DNA of 64,000 nt from contig JBHGNT010000007.1 in NCBI GenBank assembly GCA_043228905.1, positions 15,810,001 through 15,874,000 of the forward strand. Direction: 5' to 3'. The notes beneath the pieces are model-generated. The model searched no databases, was not told the origin of the DNA, and saw nothing but the letters and a program-made list of their open reading frames with translations. The stretch comes from Azolla caroliniana. Its lineage: Eukaryota; Plantae; Polypodiophyta. The position numbers and the translations under genes are program-made. Positions 62,074 through 64,000 of the stretch are shown piece by piece (position 1 is the stretch's first letter; each line of letters starts with the position of its first letter).

Positions 62074-64000
62074 CACGTTGTCCATAGCTCATTGAGAATT
62101 GTCCCAGCTTGTCAACTCTAAGTGTCTTTGGTGAATAATTTCAATGGTCTACACAACGGTGCTAACATGTTGGAGATCAATGTCTCATAATTCAATCAAC
62201 TCTTGGATCTAGTGGTAGTGCACCTCAATTGGCTTAGTTCGAGCATGAAACATGAGATTTCATGCAAGTTGGATGCTATTGAGGATGTCATAAGAAACAA
62301 GTATAGGTTCTTCAACCAATTCATTCAAATCCTTCAACATTATTTGGAGCCAGATGGCTTCACATGCATCTTTAGTTACATGCATATACTCTTCTCATGT
62401 GCTCTATAGTGCAACCGTGGGTTGCTTCTTACTACCCAAAGAATGCTCCACATTTAAGTGAGAACACAAATCTAGATGTCGATTTGTGATGTGTATTGTT
62501 TTCAACCCAATCCACATCTCTATATCTTTCTAGTTGAATCGGCATGTCATTCTTCTTATAGAAGAGTCCTTGATCGAGGGTGTCGTTGACGTATTGTAAT
62601 ACCCATTTCACACAATTCACGTGAAAGTTTCTTCGTCTTTACATGAATTGGATTAGAAGATTGATCGACAGTTCACGTTAGGTCTAGTGATAGTTAGATA
62701 GATGAGACTCCCAATTATTTTCGTAGACTATATAGCCTCACACGCGTTGCCAGATTCTTCGTGCAACTTTAAGCTGTGATCAAGAGGGGTTGAGATGGGC
62801 TTAGACTTAGACGTGTAGAATTTGAATAATAGGTTAAAAATGTAATGGCGTTTTGTGAGTAAGATCTCGATGGTTGTTCGGATGACTTCTATTACTAAGA
62901 AGTAATGGAGCTCGTTCAGAAGTAATGGAGCTCGTTCATATCCTTCATCTCGAACTTGCTAGAAAACCGTGTTTTCACTTGCTTGATCGCATCGAGGCTT
63001 TTTCCTTATATAACTAGGTCGTCCACATAGAAGATGATAAAGAGCGGGCCTCGTCAACTATTTTGAACATACAATGAGTTAACATACTTCAAAATTGATT
63101 AGATGAAGATATTGGATTACCTTGGAGTGCCACGTCCTTGGAGCTTGTTCCAAGTCATAGACAAACTTCTTTAGTTTGCATACTTCACGTGGGGATGCTT
63201 TAGACTTCAATGCAAGCGGATGTAGCATGTACATTTCTTCTTCCAGCTCACCCTAGAGGAAAGCATTCTTCACGTCCATTTGGTGAAGATGTCATCCTTT
63301 AGTTGTCTTAATCGCTGGAAAAGTGAATATTGTTAACATTTTTCCCATTGGGGCAAATGTCTCCTCGTCAATCCCATGTGTTTCAGCGTAGCCTTTTGCT
63401 ACGTGTCGGGCTTTGTATCGCTTGATGGTGCCATCGACATTGTACTTGATTTGGTAAACCCATTGGCAACTGATTACCTTCTTTTTCTTCAAAGGACGGG
63501 AAAAGGTCCCATGTGTGATTGTTGACCAATGCATGGATCCCCTCCATGGCTTCCATCTAATTGAGAATATCAACCTCCTTTGGCGAAGCTTTTTGGCTCC
63601 TGAACAATTGCCACATTCATCATGTAACCGAACCTCATGATCAGGTTCTTCTATCGAGTTGATTGGCAAAACTTCTCATTTCACAATTTAAACCCTTCCT
63701 TACTCTTGGTGTCTACACAATGGGTACACCAAACGCCTTGTCGATCGATCAGGGCAAGCTTTTGGAATCGCTATTGTTGAAGGCCATGTTACTGATTTTA
63801 TCTTCGAGTGTCTTCATAACTCCTGGTGTTCACGTGATGGAAACACCAAACACATTGTCGATCGATCAGGGCAAGCTTTTGGAATCGCTACTATTGAAGG
63901 CCATGTTATCCATTTCATATTTGGGCATTTTCGACTTGCCTTCAATTTGTCGATCTTGGGTTCGTGGTGCTACCATGTCCGTGTCATTGTGGTTCAAGCT
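62074..64000 (-). pseudogene. Decayed Copia RT-RNase H
   Basis: ISCQWVYQIKYNVDGTIKRYKARHVAKGY; QMDVKNAFL; YVDDL; KSTSRFVF. Confidence 0.88.

Noticed and set aside
63727-63909. ~60-bp direct repeat
   Set aside because: Local duplication in the variable INT-RT linker of a dead Copia

Overview
Repeat-dense eukaryotic window, most likely from a non-seed land plant such as a fern, lycophyte or moss. That assignment is inferred from a Tcn1-like chromovirus, a tRNA-Trp-primed Gypsy and a SARD4-like pseudogene. The window is a nest of LTR retrotransposons: one intact, young Tnt1/Tork-like Copia (3527-8953) inside a decayed chromovirus, several decayed Copia and Gypsy elements, and solo LTRs. The most notable feature is a complete ~10.4-kb Sola2-like DNA transposon (38067-48484, 24-bp TIRs, 4-bp AGGA TSD). 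Besides its DDD transposase it carries two apparently intact antisense cargo genes: a 5-exon RING-finger gene (~570 aa) and an FCP1/NIF-like HAD gene with a degenerate catalytic motif. Its large introns are built from tandem arrays, two of the palindrome TAGCTAATTAGCTA (also present at both subtermini) and one telo-box-like. A second, deleted Sola2-like family member (from ~11898) has the same layout with a different palindrome (TAGTACTA). Separately, three Gypsy LTR types carry an antisense tRNA-like (A-box/B-box) cassette in U3. All gene models and family calls were made by eye, without database searches.
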